Source: Anaeromyxobacter sp.
Lineage (GTDB): Bacteria > Myxococcota > Myxococcia > Myxococcales > Anaeromyxobacteraceae
Direction: 5' to 3'
Assembly: GCA_049840735.1 (NCBI GenBank)
Contig: JASGJN010000010.1
Location: 34,242 to 98,241 of the forward strand
Length of the DNA stretch: 64,000 bases
Shown one piece after another: positions 61,882 to 64,000 of the stretch. Position 1 is the stretch's first letter. Every line of letters begins with the position of its first letter. Both the position numbers and the translations under genes were made by a program. The notes under the pieces were generated by a model. That model was not told the DNA's origin and did not search any database. It worked only from the letters and a program-made list of their open reading frames with translations.

Positions 61882-62931
61882 ATGCTCGACCTCTCGCTCC
61901 CGACCGGCCTACGCGATTTGCTGCCCGACCACTCCGCCCACCTGGCGGAGCTGTCGGCGCGCCTCCAGGGCGTCTTCTCGCGCCTGGGCTACCGCCGCCT
62001 CTTCCTGCCCACGCTGGAGCGGCTCGAGGTGGTGGAGCGGGGGCTCTCGCCGGCCGCGCTGGCCGACGTGCTCAAGTTCGTCGAGCCCGGCTCCGGCGAG
62101 GTGGTGGCCATCCGGCCCGACATCACGCCGCAGAATCGCCCGGCTCTACGCGGCCCGCCCCGACGCCCTGCCGTCGCCGGCCCGGCTCTGCTACGACGGT
62201 CCGGTGCTGCGCGCCCGCGAGGCGCGGGCTGGCCGCCCGCGCGAGGTCTACCAGGCCGGCGTGGAGCTGCTGGGCGCGGGCGGCCCCGCCGCCGACGCCG
62301 AGGGTGATTCCGTGCTGCTGGCCCGGGCGCTGGAGCGGGTGGGGCTGCGCGAGGCCAAGGTGGAGGTGGGCCAACGCCCGCTTCGCCCAGGCGGTGCTGG
62401 ACGCGGCCAAGCTCCCCGCCGCGGCGGTGGCCGCCGCCTGGGAGGCCCTGGCGCGCAAGGATCAGGCTGCGTACGCTGGCGCGGCTGGCCGCGCGCGGGC
62501 GGGGGGCCCCGGCCGCCCGCGAGGCGGTCCCGGCGCTGGCTGGGCTCTACGGCGATGGCGCCCTGGCCCGCGCCCGCAAGCTGGCCGGCGCGATCCCCGC
62601 CGCGGGGGAGGCGCTGGCCGAGGTGGAGGCGGCGCTGAAGCTGGCGCGCCGCCGCGGCGTCCGCCAGGTCGAGGTGGACCTGGGCGAGACGCGCGGGCTC
62701 GGCTACTACACCGGCGTCACCTTCGCCGGCTACGCCTCGGGGGCGGGGAGCGCGGTCGCCACCGGCGGCCGCTACGACGGGCTGCTGGCCCGGTTCGGGC
62801 GCCCCGGCCCGGCCATCGGGTTCGCGGTGGACCTCGAGTTCGCCACCCAGGCGCTGGAGCGGGCGAACGGGCGGCGCGGCGCCGCGCCCCGCACCGCGCG
62901 GCGGCGCGCATCCGCACGCCGTCAGCGCTAG
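61882..62931 (+). CDS. hisZ: ATP phosphoribosyltransferase regulatory subunit with several frameshifts (probable sequencing errors)
   Basis: LPTGLRDLLP, IRPDITPQ, ARLCYDGPVLR, EVYQAGVEL, GLGYYTG, GGRYDGLL, PAIGFA spread over different frames; hisZ-purA synteny. Confidence 0.85.
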
Positions 62932-63071
62932 CGGATCCCTCGGGCCGCTGGTAAGGTGTGCCACCTGCGCGCCCCTCCGCGCCCGCCCTCCGGGCGCGCG
63001 TCGGGGCCGCTTCCCGGCCGAGCGCCGGAGCGGCCCGGGCAAACGAGACGGGTGGCCGCACGGGAGTCTGA

Positions 63072-64000
<929 letters not shown>

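Overview
High-GC bacterial chromosome segment; gene content, codon style and REP-like repeats suggest Myxococcota, probably Anaeromyxobacter-like (inference, not a database result). It is mostly core genes: rpoH-type sigma factor, DEAD-box helicase, prkA-yeaH-spoVR, mltG, ruvX/yqgF, csp, infA, gcvT-H-PA-PB, folD, murQ, rpmB, purM-purN, accD-folC, lptD-like, serA, hisZ and partial purA. Five less ordinary elements stand out. (1) A self-contained sigma54 module at 30.7-36.4 kb: porin, Tat-exported flavocytochrome c lacking a fumarate-binding His, tetraheme cytochrome, XylR/DmpR-like activator and TatA, with three -24/-12 promoters and a repeated TCTCRnnnYGAGA palindrome. (2) An orphan T3SS-like translocator/SycD-like chaperone pair with its own sigma54 promoter and tandem palindromes. 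(3) A GTAG-hairpin REP-like family, including a 9 x 82-83 bp tandem array and a second cluster that together flank a TerB/DUF533-like gene. (4) A cAMP cyclase, Crp and class II phosphodiesterase neighbourhood. (5) Single-base frameshifts in conserved genes, several in or beside GATC, probably long-read errors. No rRNA, tRNA, CRISPR array, transposase or integrase was recognised.
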